DNA of 64,000 nucleotides from Nitrosopumilus sp. (GTDB lineage Archaea > Thermoproteota > Nitrososphaeria > Nitrososphaerales > Nitrosopumilaceae), in NCBI GenBank assembly GCA_965205425.1, contig CBDBGZ010000004.1, forward strand, positions 96,001-160,000. The letters are read 5' to 3'. Shown one piece after another: positions 9,962 to 20,485 of this stretch (within the stretch, counting starts at the first letter, position 1; each line of letters begins with the position of its first letter). The translations under genes and the position numbers were made by a program. Below the pieces are notes generated by a model that ran no database searches, was not told where the DNA came from, and was given only the letters and a program-made list of their open reading frames with translations.

Positions 9962-10054
9962 TAAATTAGGCATAGATGGTTAACCTTAACAAAATAAATG
10001 GTTAACGATACCTCACATGGTTTAATAGAGGGAATTCGATGATTCGTTTTAATC

Positions 10055-11050
10055 ATGGGAGCTCGAAAACGACATTCACCACGTAGAGGAAGTCTTGCAT
10101 ACTCACCTAGAGTACGTGCACGAAGTATGGAAGCAAGAATTAGAGCTTGGCCAAAATTATCTACAACAGATGAACCAAAAATTTTAGCACATTGTGGTTT
10201 CAAAGCAGGTTGTGTTCAAGTTGTCAGTATTGATGATCGTGACAAAGTACCAAATGCAGGAAAACAGCTTGTAAGTCTTGGAACAGTACTTGTGACTCCA
10301 CCAGTTTTGATTTTAGGAATCAGAGGATATTCAAAAGATCATGAGGGTAAACATGCAGAGTTTGACGTATATGCTGAAGATATTCCAAAAAATATTGCAA
10401 AAGAAATTACAATTAAAAATACTGCAGGTTCAATTGAGAATGCAGAATCAAGATTAAGAAAAATAAAAGAAATTTACGCAATTGTTGCAGTTTCTCCAAG
10501 AGCTGCAGGATTAGAAATGAAGAAACCATATATCTTTGAAGCAATGGTTAGTGGAGGAGATATTGAAAAACAATTTGCACATGTTAAAGAATCACTAGGA
10601 AAAGAAATTAAAATTGATCAAATTTTTGAAACTGGTGCAACTGTTGATGTTGCAGCAATTACAAAAGGTCATGGATGGCAAGGTACAATGAGAAGATGGG
10701 GGGTAAAGAAGAAACAACACAAATCTAGAAAAACAGTTAGAGAAGTTGGTTCATTAGGTCCTATCTCACCACAAAGTGTCATGTATACAGTTCCTAGATC
10801 AGGACAAACCGGTTTCCATCAAAGAGTAGAGTATGACAAACGAATTTTGATTATGGGCAATACTGAATCAGATGAAATTAAAATTAATCCTGAAGGAGGA
10901 TACAAACACTTTGGTCTAGTCAAAGGAGATTTCATTATTCTAAAAGGCTCAGTTCCAGGAACATACAAGAGATTAATCAAACTAAGAAGTCAAATTAGAA
11001 ATGCTCCAGCTAAAGTTAACAAGCCAAACATTTTGGAGGTTGTAGTATAA
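10055..11050 (+). CDS. rpl3: 50S ribosomal protein L3
   Basis: HSPRRGSLAYSPR and KGSVPG motifs. Confidence 0.98.
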   Translation: MGARKRHSPRRGSLAYSPRVRARSMEARIRAWPKLSTTDEPKILAHCGFKAGCVQVVSIDDRDKVPNAGKQLVSLGTVLVTPPVLILGIRGYSKDHEGKHAEFDVYAEDIPKNIAKEITIKNTAGSIENAESRLRKIKEIYAIVAVSPRAAGLEMKKPYIFEAMVSGGDIEKQFAHVKESLGKEIKIDQIFETGATVDVAAITKGHGWQGTMRRWGVKKKQHKSRKTVREVGSLGPISPQSVMYTVPRSGQTGFHQRVEYDKRILIMGNTESDEIKINPEGGYKHFGLVKGDFIILKGSVPGTYKRLIKLRSQIRNAPAKVNKPNILEVVV

Positions 11051-11862
11051 TGAAGACAACAGCATTTACAACTACAGGAACAAAAGACACAGAAGTAGAA
11101 CTTCCATTAATTTTCTCAACTCCATATAGAAGAGAGTTGATTCACAAAGCTTTCACTAATCTAACATCTCACAAATTCCAAAAACAAGGAAGAAAACCAA
11201 TGGCAGGTATGGATGTAGTAGCAGATTCTAATGATCCTCCAACAGGTCAAGGTGTCTCCCGTGTTGCAAGAATGCAAGGTGGCGGTGGTGGAAGACAAGG
11301 GCAAGGAGCAGAAGTTGCATCAACTAGAGGTGGAAGACAAGCTCACCCTCCAATTGTAGAGAAAGTAATTTACAAGAAATTAAACAAAAAAGAGAACAAA
11401 TTAGCATTATGTTCCGCCATTGCAGCAACTGCATCTAAAGATCTTGTAGAACAAAGAGGCCACAAAATTAATGGTATAGATTCATTCCCAATTATAGTAT
11501 CTGATGATATTGAATCAATTTCCAAAACAAGTGAAATTAACAAAGTTCTAGACTCTTTGAAATTATCACAAGACGTAAAAAGATTAGATGCAAGAAGAAT
11601 ACGTTCAGGACAATCAAGATTAAGAGGTAGAACTAAAAAAGTTGGAAAAAGTGTATTATTTGTAACATCTGATTCTTCTAATTTATCAAAAGCAGCCGGA
11701 GCAATTCCAGGTGTCGAAGTAAGAAATGTTAAAGAATTAAGTGTACTAGATTTAGCCCCAGGCTCAGATCCAATTAGATTAACGGTATATTCCAAATCTG
11801 CAATAAAGGAGATTGGAAAAATAAAATCAACACATCTTGAAGTTATGGTGAAATCACAATGA
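11050..11862 (+). CDS. rpl4: 50S ribosomal protein L4
   Basis: GGRQAHPP and LDLAPG motifs; operon position. Confidence 0.98.
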   Translation: MKTTAFTTTGTKDTEVELPLIFSTPYRRELIHKAFTNLTSHKFQKQGRKPMAGMDVVADSNDPPTGQGVSRVARMQGGGGGRQGQGAEVASTRGGRQAHPPIVEKVIYKKLNKKENKLALCSAIAATASKDLVEQRGHKINGIDSFPIIVSDDIESISKTSEINKVLDSLKLSQDVKRLDARRIRSGQSRLRGRTKKVGKSVLFVTSDSSNLSKAAGAIPGVEVRNVKELSVLDLAPGSDPIRLTVYSKSAIKEIGKIKSTHLEVMVKSQ

Positions 11863-12125
11863 ATGTAGATCAAGCAATGAAAATAATCATCAAGCCATAC
11901 ATTACTGAGAAAACATTTGCAATGGTTGAGAACGAAAGCAAAATTTGTTTCATAGTAGAAATATCCGCTAATAAATCAGAAATTTCAGAAGCAGTCAAGA
12001 CACTTTACAAAGAAAATGTCAAAAAAGTAAACACTGCAAGAACAATTTACGGCAAAAAAGCTTTTGTTCAGTTTGAAAATACCGAAAAGGCCAGAGATTT
12101 GGCAACAAAGATAGGAATGCTATAA
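11859..12125 (+). CDS. rpl23: 50S ribosomal protein L23
   Basis: PYITEK...KKAFV motifs. Confidence 0.97.
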   Translation: MNVDQAMKIIIKPYITEKTFAMVENESKICFIVEISANKSEISEAVKTLYKENVKKVNTARTIYGKKAFVQFENTEKARDLATKIGML

Positions 12126-12169
12126 TATGGACCATAAAACTCGAAGTACACTAACAGAGGAGAAGAGAG

Positions 12170-12565
12170 ATGGTTAAAGAATTTTTATACAGAGGAATTC
12201 CAAAAGAGGAACTAGATAGTCTGTCACTTGAAAAATTATTCTTATTATTTAATTCTAGACAAAGACGATCACTTACAAGAGGAATTACAGATGGAAAAAG
12301 AAAGCTAATTGAAGAAATTAAAGCCACAAAAGCAGGCAAATTAAAGAACCCCATCAAGACTCACATTAGAGAATTGATTATTCTACCATACATGGTAGGA
12401 GTTACAGTAAACACATTCTCAGGAAAAGAATTCCAACCAGTTACCATTACAACTGAAATGATTGGACATTATTTGGGAGAATATGTAATAACAAACAAGA
12501 GAGTTTCACACGGTGCCCCAGGTGTAGGTGCATCAAGATCCAGTCTCTACGTGCCACTGAAGTGA
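12170..12565 (+). CDS. rps19: 30S ribosomal protein S19
   Basis: MIGHYLGE and HGAPGVGASRSS motifs. Confidence 0.98.
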   Translation: MVKEFLYRGIPKEELDSLSLEKLFLLFNSRQRRSLTRGITDGKRKLIEEIKATKAGKLKNPIKTHIRELIILPYMVGVTVNTFSGKEFQPVTITTEMIGHYLGEYVITNKRVSHGAPGVGASRSSLYVPLK

Positions 12566-12570
12566 TTATT

Positions 12571-13029
12571 ATGGGTAGATTCGATTACGCTTTCCAAAAT
12601 TATGACCCAACAAGACACGTACGTTCTTCACTACGTGAAAAAGATATTTCACACAAACATGCACGTGAAGTTGCAGTTTCCATTAAAGGATTATCGATTG
12701 AAAAAGCAAGAGATTACCTCATCGCAGTAATTGATAAAAAAAGAGTAGTTCCATTTAGAAGATATAAAAATCAAGTAGGACACAAACCAGACCCAGGAGT
12801 AATGTCTGGACGTTATCCACAAAAAACAGCAAAAGAATTCATCAAAGTTTTAGATAATTTAGAATCAAATGCAGAATACAAAGGAATGGATTTAGATAGA
12901 TTAAGAATTGTAAATGCAACTGTTCACAAAGGAGTAGTTGTAAAAAGATTTATTCCAAGAGCAATGGGAAGAGCAACTCCGAAGAACAATGTATTAACAC
13001 ATGTGGAATTGGTGGCAAAGGAGATTTAG
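12571..13029 (+). CDS. rpl22: 50S ribosomal protein L22
   Basis: GRYPQK, NAEYKG and PRAMGRA motifs. Confidence 0.97.
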   Translation: MGRFDYAFQNYDPTRHVRSSLREKDISHKHAREVAVSIKGLSIEKARDYLIAVIDKKRVVPFRRYKNQVGHKPDPGVMSGRYPQKTAKEFIKVLDNLESNAEYKGMDLDRLRIVNATVHKGVVVKRFIPRAMGRATPKNNVLTHVELVAKEI

Positions 13030-13031
13030 AA

Positions 13032-13820
13032 ATGTCAGCAGTAAAAAATGTAATTAAAGATAACTACAACATGATGCTACTCAAAGATTATCTTAGAGAA
13101 GCAATCAAAGATGCAGGTTTCTCACATGCAGAAATTTCAAAAACACCAGTAGGAACTAGAGTTGCATTACATGTTACAAGACCAGGCATTGTAATCGGAA
13201 GAAAAGGTTCTGGAATTAGAGCACTTACAGATAAACTAGCAACAGACTTTGGATTAAAGAACCCACAAATTTCAGTTGTTGAAATAGAAAAACCAGAACT
13301 TGCACCAAGTGTAATGTGTAATAGAATGGCATCACATCTTGAAAGAGGAACTGCCTTTAGAAGAGCAACAATGTGGACTTTGAAACAAATTATGGAAGGT
13401 GGAGCAATGGGAGTTCAAATAACAATATCAGGTAAACTCAGAGGTGACCGTTCTGCATTTGAAAAACACACTCAGGGAATTTTACCAAGAGCAGGACATC
13501 ATGCAGAAATTGTAGTAGATGAAGACATTGCACATGTAAAAACTGCAATGGGATTAATTGGCATTAGAATTAGAATTGCTAGAAAAGAAAGACTTGTTCC
13601 AGAATTTGAAATGAAAGTGGAAAAAGTAAAGAAGGAAAAACAACCAAAAGAAGAAAAAATTAAAGTTGAAGAAATTGAAGTTGAAGGTTCTAAAGTTGAA
13701 GTTGTCAAAGTTGAAGGTAAAGAAGATACAGCTAAATCAGAATCAGAAAGAATTGCATTAGAAGCAAAGAAGATGGAAACTATTGAAACGTTAGAAGAAG
13801 AGGAGGCCAAAATGAAATGA
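13032..13820 (+). CDS. rps3: 30S ribosomal protein S3 with charged C-terminal tail
   Basis: [12 protein letters not shown] domain and SGKLRG motif. Confidence 0.98.
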   Translation: MSAVKNVIKDNYNMMLLKDYLREAIKDAGFSHAEISKTPVGTRVALHVTRPGIVIGRKGSGIRALTDKLATDFGLKNPQISVVEIEKPELAPSVMCNRMASHLERGTAFRRATMWTLKQIMEGGAMGVQITISGKLRGDRSAFEKHTQGILPRAGHHAEIVVDEDIAHVKTAMGLIGIRIRIARKERLVPEFEMKVEKVKKEKQPKEEKIKVEEIEVEGSKVEVVKVEGKEDTAKSESERIALEAKKMETIETLEEEEAKMK

Positions 13821-14023
13821 CCAGACTCAGTATGAATACAATTAAACAATTAAATGAAAAAGATCTTAAAAGTAAAATTCAAGAATCACGTAGTGAATTA
13901 GGCAAACTTAGAATTGATGCAGCAAAAGGAACATTAAGAAAAGAAAGTGGAAAACTAAAACCATTACGTCACGACATTGCAAGAATGCTAACACATCTAA
14001 CTGAATTAAGGAGAGAGAAATGA
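13817..14023 (+). CDS. rpl29: 50S ribosomal protein L29
   Basis: RHDIARMLT motif; operon position. Confidence 0.95.
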   Translation: MTRLSMNTIKQLNEKDLKSKIQESRSELGKLRIDAAKGTLRKESGKLKPLRHDIARMLTHLTELRREK

Positions 14024-14286
14024 TTACTGTAGATAACATCACTTCACACGAATTCATTGGATTAGATACGGAAATCATTGAATCTACAAATTCACAAATA
14101 ATAGGATTAAATGGAAGAATTACCAATGAAACAAAGTCTATGTTTACAATTAACACAAGAAATGGTTCAAAATCTATTGCCAAATCAACAAACAATTGGA
14201 AATTCTCAATTGAAGGAAAAGATGTTGTTGTTGATGGGAAAAGAATTGCAAAAAGACCATTTGATAGAATTGGAGGAAAACAATGA
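14020..14286 (+). CDS. rnp1: Ribonuclease P protein component 1 (p29/POP4)
   Basis: HEFIGL...GRITNETK...RPFDRI motifs; position between L29 and S17. Confidence 0.93.
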   Translation: MITVDNITSHEFIGLDTEIIESTNSQIIGLNGRITNETKSMFTINTRNGSKSIAKSTNNWKFSIEGKDVVVDGKRIAKRPFDRIGGKQ

Positions 14287-14606
14287 CTCAAAATATTGGA
14301 TTAAAAGTTAAAGAACCTACAAGAGAATGTGATGATAGAAATTGTCCATTCCACGGCGGTTTATCAGTTAGAGGTAAACTCTTTGATGGTAAAGTTACAG
14401 GGGCCAAAGCAAAACAAACTATCACATTACAAAAAGATGCACCAATTTACTTTAGCAAATTTAAGAGATATGCCAGAGGTACAAGTACTATTCACGCACA
14501 CGTTCCTGGATGCATAGATGTAGAAGCAGGAGATCATGTGTTGACTGCAGAGTGCAGACCAATCTCAAAATCAGTATCATATGTTGTTGTGGAGGTTAAA
14601 GCATAA
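14283..14606 (+). CDS. rps17: 30S ribosomal protein S17
   Basis: DRNCPFHG and ECRPISKS motifs. Confidence 0.98.
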   Translation: MTQNIGLKVKEPTRECDDRNCPFHGGLSVRGKLFDGKVTGAKAKQTITLQKDAPIYFSKFKRYARGTSTIHAHVPGCIDVEAGDHVLTAECRPISKSVSYVVVEVKA

Positions 14607-15028
14607 TGGCAAAGCAAGCAGGTAAAGGAGTAGAAGAATTTAGACCATATGTAACTAAAGTAATTCCGGTTGGAGCAAATATTGTATGTGCAGATAATTC
14701 TGGTGCAAAAATTTTAGAAGTAATCAATGTTCCAAGACATAAAACAAGAGCATCAAGACTTCCATCAGCATCAGTTGGCGATTTCTGCAATGTTGTAGTA
14801 AAGAAAGGACCAGCAGAGTTAAGAAAACAAGTTTATGGTGCAGTAATTGTTAGACAAAAATATGCAGTTCGCAGATTAAACGGTGTAAGGGTTTGTTTTG
14901 AGGATAACGCAGCAGTACTAATTACTCCAGAAGGAGAAACAAAAGGAACAGACATCAAAGGACCAGTAGCAGCTGAAGCTTCAGAAAAATGGCCAAGAGT
15001 AGCTAACTTGGCATCAATGGTGGTATAA
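14606..15028 (+). CDS. rpl14: 50S ribosomal protein L14
   Basis: CADNSGAK and FEDNAAV motifs. Confidence 0.98.
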   Translation: MAKQAGKGVEEFRPYVTKVIPVGANIVCADNSGAKILEVINVPRHKTRASRLPSASVGDFCNVVVKKGPAELRKQVYGAVIVRQKYAVRRLNGVRVCFEDNAAVLITPEGETKGTDIKGPVAAEASEKWPRVANLASMVV

Positions 15029-15032
15029 TAAA

Positions 15033-15500
15033 ATGAAACCAACAAAAATGCGCAATCAGATGATTTATCAGGCAACGTATGCAACTAAAAATAAACAGCT
15101 TGGAAGTAATATGTCAAAAGATCTTCAGAAAAAATATGGGAAAAGAAGTACAAGAGTTGTTGAAGGAGATAGTGTTACCATTCTAAGAGGAGAATTCAAA
15201 GGAGTTGATGGCAAAGTATCCAAAATATCTATTCCAAAAAGTAGTGTTGCAATAGAAGGAGTAAAGAAAGAAAAAACTAAAGGAGATAAATTTGATGTTT
15301 ATATTCACACATCCAATCTTGTTGTAACTTCATTAAACACAGAAGATAAATGGAGAATTGCAAAACTAGAAGGCAAAGATCCTAGAAAACAACCAAAAAC
15401 AGAAAAAGTGAAAACAGAAACCAAATCTGAGCCTGCAAAAGAAACCCCTAAAGAAACAAAAGGAGCAGATAAAGCCAAAAAAGAGGAAGATGAGAAATAA
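15033..15500 (+). CDS. rpl24: 50S ribosomal protein L24
   Basis: KOW motif [18 protein letters not shown]. Confidence 0.96.
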   Translation: MKPTKMRNQMIYQATYATKNKQLGSNMSKDLQKKYGKRSTRVVEGDSVTILRGEFKGVDGKVSKISIPKSSVAIEGVKKEKTKGDKFDVYIHTSNLVVTSLNTEDKWRIAKLEGKDPRKQPKTEKVKTETKSEPAKETPKETKGADKAKKEEDEK

Positions 15501-16216
15501 TGGTAAGCATTTCAGGTAGTAAAAAACTCAAACGTCAAATGGCCCCACAATTCTGGGGAATTACCAGAAAAGATAAGAGATTTGTAATTACAGTTAAACC
15601 AGGTCCACACAAAAAGAGCTATTCCGTACCAACCGCAGTATTTCTTAGAGATATGCTAAGTATTGTAACTAGTCTAAGAGAAGCAAAAGCTTCAATTTAT
15701 TCTGGAAGAGTAAAGATTGATGGAGTTGTAAGAAAGTCACTCCATCATTCAATTGGATTAATGGATGTTGTAGAATTACAAGATGTATCAGATATTTATC
15801 GTCTAGTTCCAACTGAAGATAAACTTCTAAAACCAATTAAGATTAATGAATCAGAGAAATCTAAAAAACTGGTCAGAGTTACAAGTAAAACTACAATCAA
15901 CAAAGGAAAATTACAAATTGGATTACATGATGGTCGTTCAATTATTTCAGATACTAAAGTAAATGTTGGAGATGCATGTTTAATTCAAATTCCTGATCAA
16001 AAAATTCTTGAAATTATTAAATTAGAAAAAGGCTGTCAAGGTTTAGTTACAAGGGGTAATAACGCAGGTCAAATAGGTAAAGTTGAAACTATAGAAGAAG
16101 GAACATTCATTCTTCCAAAAAGAATTATTCTTTCATTAGATGAAAGAAAAATCGAAATTCCTGCAGATATCATTATGCCAATTGGGAAAGAGGAGCCAAT
16201 AATTCAATTAAAGTGA
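15500..16216 (+). CDS. rps4e: 30S ribosomal protein S4e
   Basis: LKRQMAP, PGPH and HDGRS motifs. Confidence 0.97.
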   Translation: MVSISGSKKLKRQMAPQFWGITRKDKRFVITVKPGPHKKSYSVPTAVFLRDMLSIVTSLREAKASIYSGRVKIDGVVRKSLHHSIGLMDVVELQDVSDIYRLVPTEDKLLKPIKINESEKSKKLVRVTSKTTINKGKLQIGLHDGRSIISDTKVNVGDACLIQIPDQKILEIIKLEKGCQGLVTRGNNAGQIGKVETIEEGTFILPKRIILSLDERKIEIPADIIMPIGKEEPIIQLK

Positions 16217-16220
16217 TCTT

Positions 16221-16742
16221 ATGTCTCAAGTAACAGAATCCCCAATGAAGAAAATCTCTTTAGAGAAAGTTGTTCTAAACATGGGTTTAGGAAAATCAGG
16301 CGATGTAATTAATATTGCAACAAAAGCACTAGAGCAGATTTCTGGAAAAAAGCCATCTACACGTAATGCAAAAGCAGCATACAGAGATTGGGGAGTTAGA
16401 AAAGGAGAACCAATAGGGGTTGCAGTTACAATTAGAGGTGAAGACGGAATTGCATTACTAAAAAGATTACTTGAAGCTAAAGGCAATACAGTAAACGGAA
16501 AATCATTTGATAACTTTGGAAACTTTTCGTTTGGAATTAACGAACACATCGATATACCTGGAGTAAAATATGATCCTCAAATCGGAATTTTAGGATTAGG
16601 GATTTCAATTACATTAACCAGACCAGGGTATGGAATTAGAACTCGAAGTAAACACAAAGCAAGAGTTGGAAAATCCCATGTCATTAAAAGTCAAGAAGCA
16701 AAAGATTATCTTACAAAAGAATTTGGGGTGACTGTAACATAA
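16221..16742 (+). CDS. rpl5: 50S ribosomal protein L5
   Basis: GNFSFGINEHIDIPGVKYDP motif. Confidence 0.98.
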   Translation: MSQVTESPMKKISLEKVVLNMGLGKSGDVINIATKALEQISGKKPSTRNAKAAYRDWGVRKGEPIGVAVTIRGEDGIALLKRLLEAKGNTVNGKSFDNFGNFSFGINEHIDIPGVKYDPQIGILGLGISITLTRPGYGIRTRSKHKARVGKSHVIKSQEAKDYLTKEFGVTVT

Positions 16743-16921
16743 TGGCCAAAGATAGATCTTATGAAGCAACTGGAAGAAAGAAACACGACTTTGGACGAGG
16801 TTCAAGATGGTGTAAAAGATGTGGGGATTATACAGCAGTTATTCAAAAATATGATTTAATGTTATGTAGACGATGCTTCAGAGAAGTAGCAACATCTTTA
16901 GGGTTCAGGAAAAACAAGTGA
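16742..16921 (+). CDS. rps14: 30S ribosomal protein S14 (zinc-binding; absent from the ORF track)
   Basis: Translated by hand: MAKDRSY...WCKRCG...LCRRCFREVATSLGFRKNK. Confidence 0.97.
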   Translation: MAKDRSYEATGRKKHDFGRGSRWCKRCGDYTAVIQKYDLMLCRRCFREVATSLGFRKNK

Positions 16922-16927
16922 GATAAC

Positions 16928-17320
16928 ATGCCAGCAACAAACATCTTAGCAAATCTATTTGTCACGCTTTACAACAATGAAGCAAGAAGGAAATCAGATT
17001 GTGTTATTCTTCCAACATCAAAATTAGGAATTGAGGTTCTAAAGACATTACAAAAAGATGGTTACATTGGAGAATTTGAACATATTGATGATAAAAGAGG
17101 TGGAAAATTCAAAATAAAACTATTAGCAAAAATTAACAAATGCGGTGCAATATCCCCAAGATTCAAAGTTAAAAATGATGAATACAATAGTTGGGAACAA
17201 CAATATTTGCCAGCATATGACAGAGGAATGCTTCTTGTAACAACAAATCAAGGAGTAATGTCTCATCACGATGCAACACAAAAAGGAATTGGAGGATTTT
17301 TGATAGGGTATGTCTACTAA
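16928..17320 (+). CDS. rps8: 30S ribosomal protein S8
   Basis: INKCGAISPRF and TTNQGVMSH motifs. Confidence 0.98.
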   Translation: MPATNILANLFVTLYNNEARRKSDCVILPTSKLGIEVLKTLQKDGYIGEFEHIDDKRGGKFKIKLLAKINKCGAISPRFKVKNDEYNSWEQQYLPAYDRGMLLVTTNQGVMSHHDATQKGIGGFLIGYVY

Positions 17321-17867
17321 ACAAATAGAAGAATTCAAAGATCAGGTAGATATTCCCGAAGGAGTAACAGTAACAGTGAACAAACACATGATATCATTTG
17401 CAGGACCATTAGGAAAAACTTACAAGAGTTTTAGAAGCATTCCAGTAAAAGTTGAAGTTAGCGAAGGAAAAATTTTGCTTACTACAATTGAACATAAAAA
17501 AAGAGATTATGCCATTTTACATACAGCAAGATCAATTATCAGAAATATTTGTGAAGGCCTAGTAACTGGATACACAATTAAAATGAAACTTGTATTTTCC
17601 CACTTTCCTATCACAGTGAAAGTTGAAGGAAAACAAGTTTTGATTGAAAATTTCCAAGGAGAACGTGCTCCAAGAATTACAAACATCGTAGGAAATACAA
17701 AAGTAGTTCCTAAAGGTGAAGATGTAATTCTTACAGGCGAAGTATGGACAGATATTACTCAAACTGCAGCAAACATTGAACTAAAATCTAAAGTAAAGAA
17801 CAAAGATCATAGAGTATTTTTAGATGGTATCTATGTATTTGAAAAGAAAAAAGGCATAGACAAATAG
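17310..17867 (+). CDS. rpl6: 50S ribosomal protein L6
   Basis: SHFPI and KDHRVFLDGIY motifs. Confidence 0.98.
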   Translation: MSTKQIEEFKDQVDIPEGVTVTVNKHMISFAGPLGKTYKSFRSIPVKVEVSEGKILLTTIEHKKRDYAILHTARSIIRNICEGLVTGYTIKMKLVFSHFPITVKVEGKQVLIENFQGERAPRITNIVGNTKVVPKGEDVILTGEVWTDITQTAANIELKSKVKNKDHRVFLDGIYVFEKKKGIDK

Positions 17868-17885
17868 AATCTCTTTATTTTACAA

Positions 17886-18173
17886 ATGACTCTAGATCCT
17901 GAATTTTCAAAACAAACAACTGATTTAATCCAACAAACATTAGAATTATACAAATCTGCAGGAGCTTCTCCAAGAATTGGTGAGACATGGGAATGTGGAA
18001 ACATTGGTGATTTTTTGTGTGGTTTTTTTGTAGGAGAAATGGTTGGTTCTGCACTAAGTGCATTTCAGATTGTACATCAGAGAGAACCAACAGCTGATGA
18101 ACACTTGGAAATTATCGAATTAGTTGAAAGCCATGCAAAAGAAATTAAAGAATTTTTTGCTAAATTTAACTAA
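17886..18173 (+). CDS. Hypothetical protein
   Basis: Clean ORF with host-like codon usage. Confidence 0.8.
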   Translation: MTLDPEFSKQTTDLIQQTLELYKSAGASPRIGETWECGNIGDFLCGFFVGEMVGSALSAFQIVHQREPTADEHLEIIELVESHAKEIKEFFAKFN

Positions 18174-18244
18174 AGATTTTCCAATTTTAGTTGATTTTGT
18201 ATAGTCGGAAAGATTAAATCACTTTTGCCAAGGTAAAATCGTGT

Positions 18245-18318
18245 GCCTCCCTAGCTCAGCGTGGTAGAGCAACCGGCTGTTAACCGGTTGGTCACCAGTT
18301 CAAGTCTGGTGGGAGGCG
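18245..18318 (+). tRNA. tRNA-Asn (GTT)
   Basis: Cloverleaf with GCCTCCC/GGGAGGC acceptor stem, CCGG-CT-GTT-AA-CCGG anticodon arm and TTCAAGT T-loop; CCA not encoded. Confidence 0.97.
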
Positions 18319-18324
18319 CTCTTA

Positions 18325-18346
18325 TTTCTAAACTCGAGTTTTGAAA
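18325..18346. repeat. Variant of the dispersed 22-bp palindrome (tttctaaactcgagttttgaaa)
   Basis: Symmetric C/G substitution plus one mismatch relative to the consensus. Confidence 0.75.
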
Positions 18347-18392
18347 CATTATTTTTCCACACTGTTAGATAAATCACAATGCAAGATTAATT

Positions 18393-18420
18393 ATATTTCT
18401 AAATTCGAATTTAGAAATAT
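18393..18420. repeat. Perfect 28-bp palindrome with core TTTCTAAATTCGAATTTAGAAA
   Basis: Same core at 19044 and 25792. Confidence 0.92.
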
Positions 18421-18508
18421 TGATCGGTTGTTAGTAATTAGTTTACTCTATTAGACAACATAGATCTAATAGATGATCGCACATTAAGAATAATGCAGGA
18501 GGATTACA

Positions 18509-18757
18509 TTGGTCAGAACTAGAAGGGCCAACAGATATTGTGTGGATTGTGGAGCAAGATTGGTTTATTATCCAAGATTATCAAATCCAAAAGCTCCAAA
18601 CGAACACAGAGTACTAGTTTATGCATGTCCGGATTGTACAGACGACTTTGAAAAACCAAAAATGTTTTCAATTAAACGTAATCAAGTTGAAGATCCTTTA
18701 GAAACAGTAGAAATTGAAATTACACAGTTGCAGAAAAAAGCTATAGTTGCAAAATAA
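18509..18757 (+). CDS. Small zinc-ribbon protein
   Basis: CVDC...CPDC. Confidence 0.75.
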   Translation: MVRTRRANRYCVDCGARLVYYPRLSNPKAPNEHRVLVYACPDCTDDFEKPKMFSIKRNQVEDPLETVEIEITQLQKKAIVAK

Positions 18758-18766
18758 AGGTAAATA

Positions 18767-19009
18767 GTGATGTCACAACCAGAAAAAACTAGAAGTAATG
18801 CATGGTTTTTGTTGCCAATTTTTTTTGGAGTGATAGGAGGAATAGTTGCATTTTTTATTTTACTACGAGATGATCCTCGTAAAGCAAGGAATTGTCTATA
18901 TCTTGGAATTGCATTCATGTTTGCAGGAATTATATTAAATGGGATTATTGCATATTCAATTCCAGATGTAATGCCAGGTACAGATTTAGGATTTAATGTG
19001 AACACATAG
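18767..19009 (+). CDS. Small membrane protein
   Basis: WFLLPIFFGVIGGIVAF..DDPRKARNCL. Confidence 0.8.
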   Translation: MMSQPEKTRSNAWFLLPIFFGVIGGIVAFFILLRDDPRKARNCLYLGIAFMFAGIILNGIIAYSIPDVMPGTDLGFNVNT

Positions 19010-19043
19010 AACCTATTTGTTTACCTAGTAAAGATAACAGTTA

Positions 19044-19065
19044 TTTCTAAATTCGAATTTAGAAA
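19044..19065. repeat. Dispersed 22-bp palindrome copy
   Basis: tttctaaattcgaatttagaaa. Confidence 0.92.
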
Positions 19066-19132
19066 CATTCAAAGTTTAGCACGGTAATCATTTAGATTTA
19101 GAATCATATAGAACTAATTTCAAAGATTTTCA

Positions 19133-19582
19133 ATGAGTGCATCTAGAATGAGGGATAATGTAGAAAGATGGGTAATTCATGAAGGTCTTTCATTTGAAGA
19201 AGTAAAAAACCCAGAAAATAATTTTCAAATTCTTGTAAAACATGCAGGACAATCTGGAATTCCAGTTGATGTGTTTGAACCTAAAGGACAACCAGGTATT
19301 CTAGTAATTGGAGCCAAAGTCGTTATGAAAAATAATCAAATTGCAAGATACTTAGGATTTAGTCCTGAGGAGAAGGAGAAATTTGAAAAAAAGGTGGCAG
19401 ATTTTTGTTATTCCATACAAGTAATTAACAAAATTATCACCGAAGATGGAAAACAAAAAGTTGGAGTTTATGTAGTGATGGATGATAAAGAAAACATCAA
19501 TCAGCAGACAATGATTAAAGCAGTAGATAGTGTTTCTGAAAAATACGATAGGGTTTCCAGATTTTTACTGAAAACATTTTAA
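19133..19582 (+). CDS. Hypothetical protein (DUF2299-like)
   Basis: Clean ORF resembling the archaeal DUF2299 family. Confidence 0.7.
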   Translation: MSASRMRDNVERWVIHEGLSFEEVKNPENNFQILVKHAGQSGIPVDVFEPKGQPGILVIGAKVVMKNNQIARYLGFSPEEKEKFEKKVADFCYSIQVINKIITEDGKQKVGVYVVMDDKENINQQTMIKAVDSVSEKYDRVSRFLLKTF

Positions 19583-19773
19583 AAGAAATAAAAGATTTAT
19601 CAGTTCTGCATATGCAACTTTGTTTTATTATGGTATATGAAATAATTTCTAGAAAAATATTTCTTATTTTATTTCTACCAATCATACATTTCTAAAAAAT
19701 AAATTTTTTGTTTCATTAACCAAGGCAGTTATCCTTATGAATTATTTTTACACATTTCCTTTCTTTTCAGACA

Positions 19774-20280
19774 TTAGGGTACGGCTTTCGTTAGAGGTTG
19801 CGAATAGACATCATCCCAATTCTCAACGGGATTTAATGCAACTACATGAATTTTTACTGGAACAACTCCCTCATTTACACCGTTGTGTTCTATACCGATT
19901 GCCTCAACAAACGAATCTCCCGCATGATAATTTCTAGCAGTTCCTTTATTTTGACATTGTTCAATGTCTATAGAATCATCATCTTCATAACAATAGTAAA
20001 CGGTAAGATCTCCATGCAAAATAGTTACAATTAGAGGAACGTCATGAGTATGCCATCCACTTTCTGCACCGGGTAAAATCTCAACAAATTGAACATCAAC
20101 GTTTGGAGGATCTGAAGGATACTCAAAGGATTGTTTCAAGATAGTCTGGTTGATGAAAGCTAATTTTTCAACAAGAATTCGGTTTTCATCTGTAGTCATT
20201 TCTGCATGAATTAATATTCCAGAAAAACCAGCAATTATAATTCCAGTAGCAATTGCAAAGATTATTTTTTTATTCATCAT
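19774..20280 (-). CDS. Secreted cupin-domain protein
   Basis: PGAESGWHTH and GDSFVE..GIEHNG cupin motifs; N-terminal TM or signal. Confidence 0.85.
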   Translation of the reverse strand: MMNKKIIFAIATGIIIAGFSGILIHAEMTTDENRILVEKLAFINQTILKQSFEYPSDPPNVDVQFVEILPGAESGWHTHDVPLIVTILHGDLTVYYCYEDDDSIDIEQCQNKGTARNYHAGDSFVEAIGIEHNGVNEGVVPVKIHVVALNPVENWDDVYSQPLTKAVP

Positions 20281-20485
20281 TGCTCTGATAATGTGAAGAA
20301 TTTTGGTTATTTAGAGATAATGCTGTGTTTCCCAACATGACTAAAGTATACAATTATGCACACCATGGAGTCTATTGTATCAAAATACAACATGATTTCT
20401 CCCACACATTTGGACTTAGAATAACCCCATTTTGCACCAGTATTAATTCCTGATATTGGAAATCTATTTGCTTGATGTCTGATTT

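Noticed and set aside
9808..17762. Numerous minus-strand ORFs over the ribosomal cluster
   Set aside because: Antisense shadows of well-supported genes
18245..18318. tRNA-Asn as the integration site of an island
   Set aside because: No duplicated tRNA 3' end and no tyrosine integrase seen in the window
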